Shown here in pieces: positions 49,533 to 62,268 of a DNA stretch of 64,000 bases. This DNA comes from Octopus sinensis (Eukaryota): the NCBI RefSeq assembly GCF_006345805.1, contig NC_043002.1:96224001-96288000 (forward strand). The letters run 5' to 3'. Both the position numbers and the translations under genes were made by a program. The first letter of the stretch is position 1. Each line of letters begins with the position of its first letter. The notes below the pieces were generated by a model. The model was not told the DNA's origin, made no database searches, and was given only the letters and a program-made list of their open reading frames with translations.

Positions 49533-49735
49533 GAAATTATTGTGTTTGGGAATTCACATGGTTGTCGTCCATTCTCAACTCTTGTAGAAGATGACGGAAC
49601 TGCCTTAACAGAAGTTTACTCTGGCAACGCTAAAGAAGATGTTCTTGTATTACCTTATTCAAGTGGAACAACTGGATTACCTAAAGGTGTCATGCTAACA
49701 CATCATAATATCGTTTCAAACCTTCTGCAACTTAC
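49533..49735 (+). CDS. 4CL/luciferase-like acyl-CoA synthetase, exon 4 (P-loop)
   Basis: CCAG|GAAATT; [25 protein letters not shown] (AMP-binding signature); donor GTGAGT (phase 2). Confidence 0.95.
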
Positions 49736-52254
49736 GTGAGTTTATTCTTTTACATGTTTCAGTCATTGGACTGTGGCCATCATGGGGGCACCATATTTAC
49801 AAGTTTAGTTGATCAGATCGATCCCAGCACTTATTTTTGCTAAGTCTAGTATTTATTCTATCAATTTCTTTTTGCTGAACTGTTTGTTGTTTATAGATTT
49901 TTCTTTTTAAACAGCAACAAGAAAAAGTTATTGTCTGCTCAGATAAGCTCATTTGAACTAAGTTTTTTCAATTATATTACATATGTGAAACCCCAACATA
50001 TTTGTATTCCTTGCACCTGTTTAATTATAATAGTTCTGTTTAATTATAATTGCCACTTATCTATTACTGCAGGGAAGGAACAAAATATAGGGAAAATAAT
50101 TGTGGGTTCAATAAGAAACATTCATTGTTTGATGCTTTCTGTCATTGTTTCAAAAAACAGTAAATATTTCTCATTGTTAATTGATGAATTTTAATGACTG
50201 TATTAATGTTAACAGAAGGTGCCTGAAAATGTTATTACCTTATCAGTATGGAGAGTAATTCCCACGCTTGCCAAAGATGATACTCATTCCTCACTGCAAA
50301 TTCTTATTTTAAATCAATTTGGATTTAGAGTAGTTTCTCTTACCTTCTTAACAATAATTATAATTAATGTTAACAAGAGTCATTAGAGCTTAAGATAGAA
50401 TTTTACAGTATTTTTCTGACTTTCTCTGCTCTGAGTCTAAATTGTACTGAGGTCAACTTTGACATTCATCTTTTGAGTAATTGTTATTGTTAGACCAATT
50501 GCCATGCAGTATCTGTTCTGGCCACTTGCTTCCTTGTGCGGAACTGTATTGGATTTTCCCTGTCTCTTGCATAACATCAGTAGCATGGAGTGGGAAGATT
50601 GGTATGCAAGTGCAACGTCTAGTCTTCCACAAAGGAAAAAAAGTTGTTGCTCAGGCCTGCACTTAGGAGAGGAGCTACAGATCTTCATATTGTCTATAAC
50701 AAATGACAAAGGATAAAATTTCATTTATAAAAAGTTTCAGGCATGATTTCTACATTAATAGGCTAAACCCACCTCCACTACTACATCCAATTTAACTATA
50801 TAATATCTACAGTGCTTGATGCCTTCCACATCTCTCTCTCTCTCCTTCACTACTTAATATTCTTAGAAACCATCCTTAAAACTACTTGTTTTGATTTTTT
50901 TTCTTCTCTCTTCAATGTTATTAATGATGACACAAAAATTTCTTTTTTCTGTCCCCAAACAAAACTTTGCTCTAATTCTTATCACCATTATTTTCGTTCC
51001 TCTGTCCCCAAACTAAACTTGCTTCTGATTGCAGCTTATTGTTTAAAAAGTCCTGTCTCATGTGGTCTCATTCCATTCCTTCGCCAAATGATGTCGAGAA
51101 GCTAAGCTAAGATTCTTAGTTTTTCTGTTCCTGTACTCATTTGCCATTAACACTTAAATGTATTATTTACTAACAGCTTGTTTTCATGAGCTAACCATTG
51201 AAAATGTTCCCTCAAAATATAATTTTAGTTCTATCTCTTTCTTTTTACCAGATTTTCATCCTTCTGTCTCCAAACAAAACTTTGTTTGTTCGCGGTGCAC
51301 CCGCCCTTTCCCACCTCCACCACCAATACCGGATATCTACCTTCCCATGATCTACACCAGATATCCCTTCTCCCACCACCATTACCTGTGTTGATTCTCC
51401 CAACCTCCTCCTCACTGGGCTGTTCTCCATATATTACCTTGACTTCTCTCTCTCCTAGGACAAATGCAGCCTTCTCAGCTGCTCATCCACTCACCCACTT
51501 CACCAACTATCTTACGTTTGCTCTGTCTAGATTTTGTCACCACCCCTACCAGTTATCTCTTCTCCCAATTCCCCCTCCTCACTGGTGCTGTTCCCTATAT
51601 TACCTGCACCCTCTCTATCTCTCTCCCTTTCTTTCTCTATCTCTTTCCCTCTCTTCTCTACCTCTTCTCCCTCTTTTTCTCTATCTCTCTACTGGGACAA
51701 ACAACCAGATTATCTGCCCACCTACTTAATTGACTATCTTTCATTCCATTTTCATTCTGTATAGAAACATGCCAACAACTACCCAGGAATTTCTTTGGCC
51801 TTATGAAGTGAAGGAGAAAGCTATTTAGCTGTCCATATGTGCTTGTTCCTGTGTGTGGGTGTGCTTGTGTATATATAGGAATGAGCTTGTTTCCTCTCTC
51901 TCTGTCTGAACACTTCCCCCTGGTGGTTACCTGCAATCCCCCTCTACTTGGACAAATGCAATCAGTTTCAGCTGACTCCCTCCTAACCTAACATTGGAAT
52001 ATCCCTATTTTTGCTACACCACTTGAATCTACATCATTCAATGACCATAATGCTTATGCTTACAACACTGCTAACACCAGCTCCTACCTCCAGTAGGGGC
52101 AACAATCTTAACATGCCTGAATGATTGAATGTTGTCAGGTCGGAAGAGAGAACAGCTGAAGCCTGCCTCAAAAACGAACACCACAACAACCCTCTTTTCA
52201 GGCGCTGAATAACATCCCTTCTCCCCAAACCTCACCCCATATTCCCTTCCCAGT

Positions 52255-53670
52255 TTTCAGAGTTGGCACTGTCAATGTTGGCACACTGAAAGGTAGGTCT
52301 AGTGAGATTGTAGAGATGCTTGAAAGGAGACGGGTTGATGTATGCTGCATACAAGAGGTAAGATGTAGAGGAGCTTCAGCTAGGGTCCTCACAAGCAAAG
52401 TACATAGGTATAAAGTCTTCTAGCAAAGTAACATGGATGGTGTAGGGGTGAAGGCACACTCCTTGCAGAGAAATGGGTGGATAAGGTCATAGAGGTTGTT
52501 AGGGTATGCAATAGAGTGCTTAAGCTCAGGCTAGTCCTGCAGAACAGCGCAGCAACAATTATCTCTGCCTACGCTCCCACATGCAAGGCTACCAAATGAT
52601 CAGAAGGACCACTTTTATGATGTTCTGGTCTCTCACTCAGAGTGAAAGGTAGATGGTATGACGCATGTGTGCGAACTATCATGCTTCACAGCAGTGAAAT
52701 ATGGGTTGTGACTGTGGAGGACATGCATAGCCTCGAATAAAATGAAGCTAACATGATCCGCTGGATGTGTAATGTCAGTGTGCATGCACAACAGAGTGTA
52801 AGTGCCCTGAGAGAAATGTTGGACATAAGAAGCATCGGATGTGGCATGCAGGAGAGACGTTTGCATTGATATGGTCATGTACTATGGATGGATGAAGAGA
52901 GATGTGTAAAGAAGTGCCACTCGCAAACAGATGAAGGAATCCGGGGTAGAGGTAGACCCAGGAAGACATGGGATGAGGTGGTCAAGCATGACCTTCAAAT
53001 GTTGGGCCTCACAGAGGCAATGACGAAAGACCGAGACCTCTGGAGATATGCTGTGACTGCAAAGACCTGACAAATGAAGTGAGTTCATGGCTTGCAGGAT
53101 GGCCTGCTGTGCTTACCTGAGATCAGGGGTGGGCAAACTACGGCCCGCCATAGGTTTTCATGCGGCCCGCCGAGAGGAATATTTCACAAAATTTCCTTTC
53201 AATCAATTGTGTGTTTATAGGTCTATAACCGCCTTTAAAAATATTTTCACTTGATTTTTATAAATGAGGCCCGCCAAGGTTCCAAAGACGCACTGTGCGG
53301 CCCGCGATCAAAAAAGTTTGCCCACCCCTGCCTTAGATCATAGGGCAACCTGCTGTGCTTGAAGAGACCTATTGAGTCAAGTACATCAACATAAAAAAAA
53401 ATTAAATGGAAATTGTAGTTGTGATACCCGTGCCAGTGGCACGTAAAAAGCACCAACCAATTGTGGATGTTGCCACCGCTGTGCCGGTTATACGTAAAAA
53501 GCACCCACTACACTCACGGAGTGGTTGGCGTTAGGAAGAGCATCCATCTGTAGAAACACTACCTGATCAACTGGAGCCTAGTGCAGCTTCCTGGCTTTCC
53601 AGACCCCAGTTGAACTGTCTAACCTATGCTAGCATGGAAAACGGATGTTCAACGATAATGATGATGATGT
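52255..53670 (+). mobile_element. internally deleted RTE-clade LINE (APE N-terminus fused to C-terminus and 3' UTR)
   Basis: RVGTVNVGTLKGR...VDVCCIQE and ISAYAP...DHFY (APE), joined at about 52635 to VKGRWYDACVR...MIRWMC...GRGRPRKTW...AVTAKT*; the 3' UTR ends in (GAT)n. Confidence 0.85.
53124..53330. mobile_element. hAT (Charlie-like) MITE inside the RTE 3' UTR
   Basis: CAGGGGTGGGCAAAC ... GTTTGCCCACCCCTG TIRs; 8-bp TSD CCTGAGAT/CCTTAGAT (1 mismatch). Confidence 0.92.
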
Positions 53671-53704
53671 TTGTAAATTGCTTAAAATTTGCTATTTATT
53701 GCAG

Positions 53705-53870
53705 TGTTCTAAAACTTGATACTTCTGATCGAATCCTTGGAATTCTTCCTTTTTACCACATCTACGGAATGGTCTGCATACTGTTTAGTATTATTACAAA
53801 TGGGTGTTCAATATACACTTTACCAAAATTTGAACCAGAAATTTTCTTATCAACATTAAGCAAGAATAGG
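53705..53870 (+). CDS. 4CL/luciferase-like acyl-CoA synthetase, exon 5
   Basis: GCAG|T; DRILGILPFYHIYGM...LPKFEPEIFL (LPFFHIYG motif); donor GTAAGG (phase 0). Confidence 0.93.
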
Positions 53871-55987
53871 GTAAGGAAATTTGCAAAATCATTTTTAATG
53901 AGTTTTATTCAAAATAATTTCATGACATTATTAAACATTTCATAAAATGATATTCAAATGGAATAAAAATATAGGATTAAGGGAATGCCCTAACTTACTT
54001 TATTTCTAAATAGAGGTTGTGAGATGGCAAGCCTGTTAGGGTTCAGACAAAATAACAATCCAGCCACATGAATTGACAGAATCATTAGAGTATCAGACAA
54101 AATGCTTTGTGGCATTTGTTCCAGCTATTTGTATACTGAGTTCAAATCTTGATGTGGCCTACATGTATGGTAGATTTAATCTGGTTTTCAGTTTAACACC
54201 ATCATCAGGTTCTTGCAAGCAATCAGAGTAGGTCTCCAGTTTGAAGTGTCCATTTTTTATTCCACCCTCTCACCAATCTCAGTGGCCCTATAAAAAAAGT
54301 CATAGAGACTCTATCCCTCTTGACTAAGCTTTAAAAACAGTAAATCAATTTAACAGTAAACGTATGAATTAACTCACAACCCCTAAATATTCTATATGTA
54401 GTTACACTTTGACCACATAACTTGTAGGGTAGATGAAAGAATGAAAGGGTCTATACACAATTACTTATCTTAACAGAAGTAGCAGATGAATCTCCCTCAA
54501 GTCATAGCTATTTGAAAAATAAACAAAAGAGCAAAACAAGGATGACATAGTGGACAATAGAGATGTTATGTATGTAAAGATGGAATGGTCACAGTTGGAA
54601 TGTCTGTGATCATAAGTTTACTCAATCAGAGCTGACCACATCATTTTTAGATAAAAAAAAAAAGAGCTGATGTGTTGAACAATATTTCTTTTTAACTGTT
54701 ATTAATCCACTGCTGAATGAAGGCCCCAACATGCTTTTGCTAACTTGTCTTTACTGGTTGTGAGCTTATCTGTCCACACTAGCCAATCACAAGGTGAATG
54801 GAGTGTTCATGTAGCTCAGTGAATTACTCTAAACATCAGCACATTTATGTGGAATTTGAACTTAGAATGTAAAAAGCCAGAACAGATATTGCACAGCATC
54901 CCATCAAATGATCTAATAATTTTGCCAATCCACCACACTGAATTGCTCTTTCATTTTTTGACTTTGAATGAATGAAAGATAAATTTTTATCTCAGTGTGA
55001 CATGAACTCAAAACAGGGAGTTGGAAGGATTATTGCAAAGCATTCTGTCTGGCACTCTAATGTTATTTGTCTTAGGAAAAAAAACTAATTTAATAGCACT
55101 GGTTCTCAAAAAGTAAATATAAATATTATGTTACTAGAAAGACTCACCTTTGGTAGAGAAAAATTGCTTTAAAAAAACAAACTACATAATAAATGTTTGC
55201 GAGAACCACAGAAGTTCTTAAAGCTGGTGTTTAGGTCTAAATTCTATAACTCAAAACCAATGAATGCTTGATTATAGGGGTGTTAATCTGTCAAAAGTAA
55301 CAGTAAAATTTCTACAGATAAATGAACTGAGGCATATAAAACTAACTTGCTCAGGATATAGTGAAATGCTTGCTTGGACAGTAACTCTAACTTGTCACAA
55401 AGTTTAACACATCGACCTCCATTTTGGGAGGATCACTGTGTAACAAACAAGACTCTGGTGTAAGAATGACTTAATACCATTATGTACTGCCTCCCCACTG
55501 CATATTATTTTGTGTAGAGTCACTTTTTGTTAGAGTACCAGTGTCATTAATCTTTAGAATGTTACCCATGGGGTTAGGCTTGCTGCTGAAGAGCCTCATG
55601 TCATGAGTAACACCTCAAGAAATTGCCTTTTTTGCTGACAGACTCACTTGCAGCTGTGTCTTCTTACAGGGATAGAAATAATGATCAGCAGCAATCCATG
55701 AATTATAGTAGTTTCCCCCTTTTTCCCTCAACAGTTTTGAAGATCCTGCAGCAGTTTTGATTTTTCTGCCCTTTTTCCTCTAACTTACCCATAAAAAAAT
55801 AATATAAAGTATGAACAAAAATCAGTAATTCAATACTTTATCTACTTTGCCATACCAAGACTTTTGCAGTGTTTTGACAATCCAATAAGTTTTATCACAA
55901 AAATTTTTAATTCCTAAGTTTTCTGTCATAAAAATTCTGTATAAATAATGTCTCTATCAATTCATTCATTTTGTGTCTATGTTACAG

Positions 55988-56159
55988 ATAACCTGTGTAC
56001 ACTTGGTTCCTCCATTGATCTTGTTTTTGGCTAAACACCCTCTTGTAGAAGATTATGATCTCTCTGCAATCAGAAGAATATTTTCAGGAGCTGCTCCACT
56101 TGGTAAAGAACTTGTGTTAAAGTGTAAGGAAAGACTTGGTGTTCAAGAAATGATCCAAG
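55988..56159 (+). CDS. 4CL/luciferase-like acyl-CoA synthetase, exon 6
   Basis: ACAG|ATA; LVPPLILFLAKHPLVEDYDLSAIRRIFSGAAPLG...IQ; donor GTAAAT (phase 1). Confidence 0.95.
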
Positions 56160-57486
56160 GTAAATGATTTATTATAATTAATCTTTTTTTTTGTGGCAGA
56201 AAGGATGTTAATGCAGTAGCAGTGAATTTAAGGTGTTATCCTACTGACCATGTGGTTCTAAATTTGAGTTTTGCTGTTGTGCTCATTATAGTTTGTCTTT
56301 CTAACAAAGATCATATTTTCTGCATTCTATGTCTGTCTGTCAACTAATACTGTGCAATTAACAACTGAGAGACAGTTGGCTTGAACTGGAATTGATTTTG
56401 AGGCATGGTTTTACAGTTGGATACTCTACATGTCACTAATTTCACCTATTTCTCAGAATATATTGATACAAATTTACTGAAAAGCATCACACTACAATTT
56501 GATTCCCCCCCCCCCCATCACCTCAAAATGCCAATCGCATATCGATATATATATATATTTTATGATATATAAATAAAATCAGCAAAAAGTGACTTTACCA
56601 TGAGGAGTGAAAGACCCAACATTTCTGACAGAATCCTTCTTGAGGAGAGAAATTAATAAGACACAGCAGAGTTTTACTTCTAAGTTAGAAAACTCTCCCC
56701 CTCCACCCCACTGCTGTTTACTTTTCTCTGAAGATGAACTCTGTCTAAAATGTTGGATTTTCCACTCACCATGGCAAGTCCACTATACTCATTTTGTTGA
56801 ATTCTCTAAATAATACAGACAAACACTACACTCTTATGATTGTATATTTTTTATGTAATTATGTCTGAAATAATGCTACAATTATCTAATGTTCAAGTTA
56901 TACATCTTGACTCAGTGTGTCAGTTTTGTTGTGAGTTCTGTTATAGGATGTTCTTCATTACATCAACTACTTCATTACATCAACCAGAGTGGACCAGGTG
57001 CATTTTTTTTATTGCACTAGAACTATAGAGATTATCTTGCACGTGGCAAAACTGAATAGTCCTCTCAACCCTGTGTTGTTACTGTTTGATTTGTTAATAA
57101 CTTCATAAAGTTTGCTGAGTGCTTTTCTTGTGGTGCCAGCACTAGAGAGGTTGCTATGTAACTCACAAGGCCATATCTAAATGAGTATAGATTAAAGGAT
57201 AGTAAAAGAAACGGATTTGTTGTTGTGAGAGGATAGTATTGGAGAGAAAAAAATTGGTGGAAGGAGAAATAATAGAGGAGACAGAGTGGAGTCTGTAGTT
57301 ACTGTGAAAGAAAGGAAGAGAGTGGTAAGGTTGATAGAGGGTGTTGGGTAGGAAGCACCCAGTGCTCTTTCATATTATATGTATTATATCGTTGGTATCA
57401 TCATTATCATTGTCATCATCATCATTTTATGTCCACTTTTATGTATAGAGATAATTGTCTGCTCCATATTTATTGTTCTGCAATAG

Positions 57487-57587
57487 GCTATGGTCTGACT
57501 GAAACAAGCCCTGTTGTTCATGTGAGTGTACCACCAATTCGTCATGAAGGTTCTGTTGGAACTTTGATACCTAATACTGCTGCAAAG
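57487..57587 (+). CDS. 4CL/luciferase-like acyl-CoA synthetase, exon 7
   Basis: ATAG|GC; GYGLTETSP...GSVGTLIPNTAAK; donor GTAAAT (phase 0). Confidence 0.95.
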
Positions 57588-57689
57588 GTAAATATCTCTT
57601 TCTCTTTAGAATTACAACTGCTTTAAAATATAACAAACCAAATTTATAAATGCTTTAGTTATTAAACATTTCCATCCAAATATCATAAA

Positions 57690-58940
57690 TAAGGTTGTCT
57701 AGAAATTTCTGAGCGTTTTTAAGCCAAATCTTTTAACACTTCATTGAACACACCTAAAATGTAACACAGTTAAAACTTTGGTGTTGCCTGAAGTGGTAAT
57801 GCATCTCTTCTTTGTTCTTGATGAAAAATAGATTTACCTTTCATTCTGGTTACCCTTTATTGATATTTGAAATGGATAACCAAAAATTTCATATTCGTGT
57901 TGTAATACTTTTCTTTTTTTAAAGAAGAAAATGCTGCAAAGACTTGCAAAAACATTTGTGAAGTTTATGGTGATGATGCTGTTCAATAGTGGTTTGCAAA
58001 ATTTAACACTGGAGAGTTTAGCTTGGAAGATGACAGTCACAGTGGAAGGCCTTCAAATTTGGATGAAGATGTTTTGAAGACAAAAACTGAAGAAAACTTA
58101 AATACCACGACTAGAAAACTTGCAAGGGAGTCGGAAGTTTCTAAAAGTGTGGCTCATGAACAACTAGTGAAGTTAGGATACATTTCTTATTATAATGTAT
58201 GGGTCCCTCACAAACACTCAGAAAAGAATTGCTTGGACAGGTATTCTGTTTATGATATGCTTTTGAAACAGAATGAAAGCATGCCTTCATAACTGGAGAT
58301 GAAAAATGGATTGTGTATGAAAATGTAATGTGAAAAAGATCCTGTAGTTTGCATTAAGGATCCCCCAAACAACAACCCAAAGACAAATATCCATGCCAAA
58401 AAAGGTATGCTTTGTGTTTGGTGGGATCGTAAAGGCATTATTTATTATGAGCCTCTCCCACACACCATTAACTCCAATGTGTACTGTCGTCACCTAGTTG
58501 GTTTGAAACAAAAAAATCAAAGAATTGAGGCCAGAGATTGCCAACAGGAATAAGGTAGTGTTCCAAGAAGACAATGCCCAACTACATATGTCTTTGGCTA
58601 CCCAAACAAAGTTACATGAACTAGGCTGGGAACTCTTACTCCACCCACCATATTCTCCTGATATTGCACCAACTGACTACCACTTGTTTTTGTCTCTACA
58701 GAGATCATTGCAAGGAAAGACATTTAATAATTTAGATGAAGTCAAAATGCATCTAGATAACATTGTTTCTACAAAACAGGTCAAATTTTATGCTGATGGA
58801 ATATTTAAATTGCCTGCTAGATGGGCAAAGATCATTAATAATAATGGAATTTATTTCATTGAATAAAATTTATTGAAAGGTCAATTATTTATATCCCTTT
58901 TTGCATATTAAAAAACGCTCAGAAGTTTCTAGGCAATTGA
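57690..58940 (+). mobile_element. full-length decayed mariner in intron 7
   Basis: TIRs AGGTTGTCTAGAAATTTCTGAGCGTTTTT / AAAAACGCTCAGAAGTTTCTAGGCAATT; transposase motifs WVPH, TGDEKW, FQEDNA, HPPYSPDIAPTDY, GIFKLPARW; frameshifts. Confidence 0.88.
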
Positions 58941-59008
58941 TATCTAGCAGAAGTAATAGTGATTTAAGGTCTGAGAGTTTTGTGTGTTGGCATGCCAACT
59001 TATATGTA

Positions 59009-59480
59009 TCTCTTATTATAAAAGGCAGATTTTATCTGCCTCCCTTTGTCTCTTATAGAAATCTACAATATAGGATTTCTTCAATTACAATTTACCTAGC
59101 ATTTTTAAGAGTAGAATGCATCGGGTCGTGCCAGGTCCAGTTTTTAAAATTTCAACCCCAATTAAGCAAAATTTAGAGAAGTTCAAAGGCCCACAGCTCT
59201 TCAATGCCCTGCTACAAAAATTAAGAAATTTGCATGAGGTGGAAGTAGATGTCTTTAAAAAGGAACTAGACATCCTCCTCTCCACAATACTGGATGAGCC
59301 AATAGCCTGACATGAGGTGCAGATGAAGGCAGCGGATTTATACACCAAATATAGCAACAGTTGGGACAAAGGCACATACAGGAGTGCTGATGTGAAACAC
59401 TCAGACTGAGGAAGTCAGAAAGACTATGGTGGTGCTCCAGCATGACCACTGCTGCATGGCTGAAACGAGTAAAAGAATAT
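59009..59480 (+). mobile_element. Helitron family B 5' part (59009-59176) abutting a CR1 3' tail (about 59180-59480)
   Basis: Matches the 9623 copy; then FKGPQLFNAL...LRNLHEVEVDVFKKELD, similar to the C-terminus of the LINE at 22600-22760, ending GGTGGTGCTCCAGCATG. Confidence 0.7.
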
Positions 59481-59820
59481 ATATATATATATATATACAT
59501 ACACATACACATATATAGACAGACAAACAGGCATACCTGGGAGAGGGAGGTGGGTATGGCCACACAGGCATGCCTTTTATGACCATTCCTTCACTCCCTC
59601 TCCCAGCTGAGAGGTCTTAGTCTTACGGGTTCCAGTGCCATGTAAATACACCAACCACCCTCTATAAAGTGGTTGGCATTAGGAAGGGCATCCAGCTGTA
59701 GCAACCATGCCAAGACAGACATTTGGAGTCTCGCCAGCTCTTGTCAGCATGAAAAATGGCCATTAAACAACAATGATGATGATGATATATATATATATAT
59801 GATGATGATGATGATGATAG

Positions 59821-59851
<31 letters not shown>

Positions 59852-60038
59852 CTTTTTTGTGGTTTAACATGGCAACCATTGGCTTCATGTGGAAGAGATC
59901 TCCACAATTGTTTAAGCAAACCACTTGGAAATGTTGGTACTTGTCTCCAAAATAGAGAGAAAAACACGTGCACATACACACACACACGCAGAGTTAATTT
60001 TGTATAAATGATGTTGTTTGTCTTTGTATCTTTGCTAG

Positions 60039-60180
60039 ATAATTGATCCTGAAACAAACGAAATCTTAGGCCCAATGCAAACGGGGGAGCTATGTATCAA
60101 AGGTCCACAAGTAATGAAAGGCTATTTAAACCGACCAGAAGCTACTGCTGATATGATCAGAGATGGCTGGTTGTATTCAG
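60039..60180 (+). CDS. 4CL/luciferase-like acyl-CoA synthetase, exon 8 (gene continues past the window)
   Basis: CTAG|ATA; IIDPET...[21 protein letters not shown]...DGWLYSG; donor GTAGGG (phase 1). The next expected exon (GD.GY) was not found before 64000. Confidence 0.95.
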
Positions 60181-60776
60181 GTAGGGTTTTAATAAATGTT
60201 GATAAATATTCCTGTCTCCACAGCTTTTCAGTCATCTCACCTCCCACCCTTTCATTTTCCCCCATCTCCTCTTTACAGATCCATAACTCCCCTCACTTAT
60301 TTCTCTTGCTGCTGCTTCCTCTCACATCTTCCACCTGTACCCACCTTTATAATGTGCGCTGTCACTGGATCCCTACTTACATAACCCCCTTCTTGCCAAC
60401 ACCTGATACTAATCCTTTTCTCCTGTGCCTCATCTAGTCCTCCCTGCTATCATGTCCACTCTGTTACTTTCTCCATTACTACACTAGTGGTGGTTTGTGT
60501 AATATGACTTAATAAAAATTTTTGTATATGTACAGGTATGGCTGTGTGATAAGAAGTTCATTTCCCAACCACATGGTCCCAAGTTCAGTTCAACTGTGTG
60601 GTGCCTTGGACAAGTATCTTGTATTATAACTCTAAGTCAGCCAAAGCCCTTTGAATGGATTTGCTAGACAGAAACTGAAAGAAACCTGTTGTGTGTGTGT
60701 CTACACACGCACATATATGTATACACACACACACACATATAGTCATAAATGATAGAAATGTTTAGATGCATCTTTA

Positions 60777-61045
60777 TCTCTTATTATAAAAGGCAGATTT
60801 TATCTGCCTCCCTTTGAGAGTTATACAAATCTACAATATAGGATTTCTTCAATTACAATTTACCTAGCATTTTTGAGAGTACAATGCATTGCGTCATGCC
60901 AGGTCCAGCTTTTAAAATTTAAACTCCAATTAAGCAAAATTTACAGAAAACTCACATTCTGGTGTGTGTGTCAAATGCTTTTCTTAGTCTGGTTTACACC
61001 ACACGCAAACGCACACACACAGTGGGCAACGAATAAAATGAAAGT
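60777..61045 (+). mobile_element. Helitron family B copy
   Basis: A|TCTCTTATTATAAAAGGCAG..., collinear with 9623-9893. Confidence 0.65.
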
Positions 61046-61280
61046 AATTGACTTACTGTAGTGAGTGATTCTTTCACTCTGCCTCCCACTTCCTCTTTCC
61101 ACACATAGACACGCAAATATATAAATAAAATTGTAAGCTAACGTGCGTGTGTGAGAGTGGGTGTGTGTGGGTGTGCGCGTGTGTGTGAGGGTGTGTGTGT
61201 GTGTGTGTGCGTGTGCGTGAGTGTGTGACAGGAAAGTTTTTTACAACGAATATAACACCTATATCCAAGTAGCAGAAAGA

Positions 61281-61649
61281 TAAGACAGTAAGGTGTGATT
61301 TGAGGGAGATTTGGCTGCTATTTCTACCATGTCTAGCTGCCATGTAGGGGTCTCCCTCATAGGCTCATACATACATATATACATAGATAAGACAAGTAAG
61401 GTGTGATTTGGGGGAAATTTGGCTGCTATTTCTACCAGGTCTAGCTGCCATGTAGGGGTCTCCCTCATAGGCTCATACATACATATATACATAGATAAGA
61501 CAGTAAGGTGTGATTTGGGGGAAATTTGGCTGCTATTTCTACCAGGTCTAACTACCACGTAGAGGTCCCCCTCATTGGCTCATATATATATACATACATA
61601 AGACAGTAAGGTGTGATTTGAGGGAGATTTGGCTGCTGTTTCTACCAGG
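61281..61649. repeat. about 107-bp tandem repeat, 3.4 units
   Basis: Units start TAAGACA(A)GTAAGGTGTGATTTG at 61281, 61388, 61496 and 61599; each ends in a (TACA)/(TA) tract. Confidence 0.92.
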
Positions 61650-62009
61650 CCTTCTCATGTTAACTCAAGCTTTCTCATGCCTTGAACATAAGACCAAAGC
61701 AGAGAATGTATTCTTTTATTCTTCTGCTTTTTCCAGCCATTGGTCTGTGGCCATGCTGGGGCAATGCCTTGAATTGTAGTTTAATGAATCAACTCCACTT
61801 TTATTTTTGTAAGCATTGTACTTATTCTATCTGTTTCCTTTGTGAAACCACTAGGTGACAGGGATGTAAACAAACCAACATTCGTTGTCAAGCAGTGGTG
61901 GAGGACAATCACAAGCACAGACACGCACACACACACACACACATACATGCATACACATATACACACATAGATACATACATACATATATATATATGTGTGT
62001 ATATATATA

Positions 62010-62268
62010 TTGCAGCGTGGAAGGTGTTTGTAAGCCATTTAAGAAACACACAAAAACCGTTACATTCACTTCAACATTTAAATTTAATTTGCCAAAATAT
62101 TTTCGTCGCTTTGAGACCGCGACCTGTTCACTGACAAAAATATCGTGCTAACAGGTCGCGGTCTCAAAGCGATGAAAATATTTTGACAAATTAAATTTAA
62201 ATGTTGAAGTGAATCTAATGGTTTTTGTGTGTTTCTTAAATGGCTTATAAACACCTTCAACGCTGCAA
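62010..62268. repeat. 119-bp inverted repeat with a 21-nt spacer
   Basis: Arms 62010-62128 and 62150-62268, with about 6 mismatches by eye. Confidence 0.92.
62088..62138 (-). ncRNA. minimal type I hammerhead ribozyme with a G3:C8 variant core
   Basis: Minus strand: UUUGUCA-GUGAACA-G-GUCGC-GGUCUCAAA-GCGAC-GAA-AAUAUU-U-UGGCAAA (7-bp stem I, 5-bp stem II, palindromic stem III). Confidence 0.65.

Noticed and set aside
51280-51740. C/T-rich ORFs here and at 44480-44760 and 60220-60460
   Set aside because: Composition resembles old Penelope 3' regions, but I could not read any diagnostic motif.
55580-55625. CTGAAGA followed by a CTCATG/CATGAG hairpin
   Set aside because: No correctly placed GAAA, stem III or stem I.
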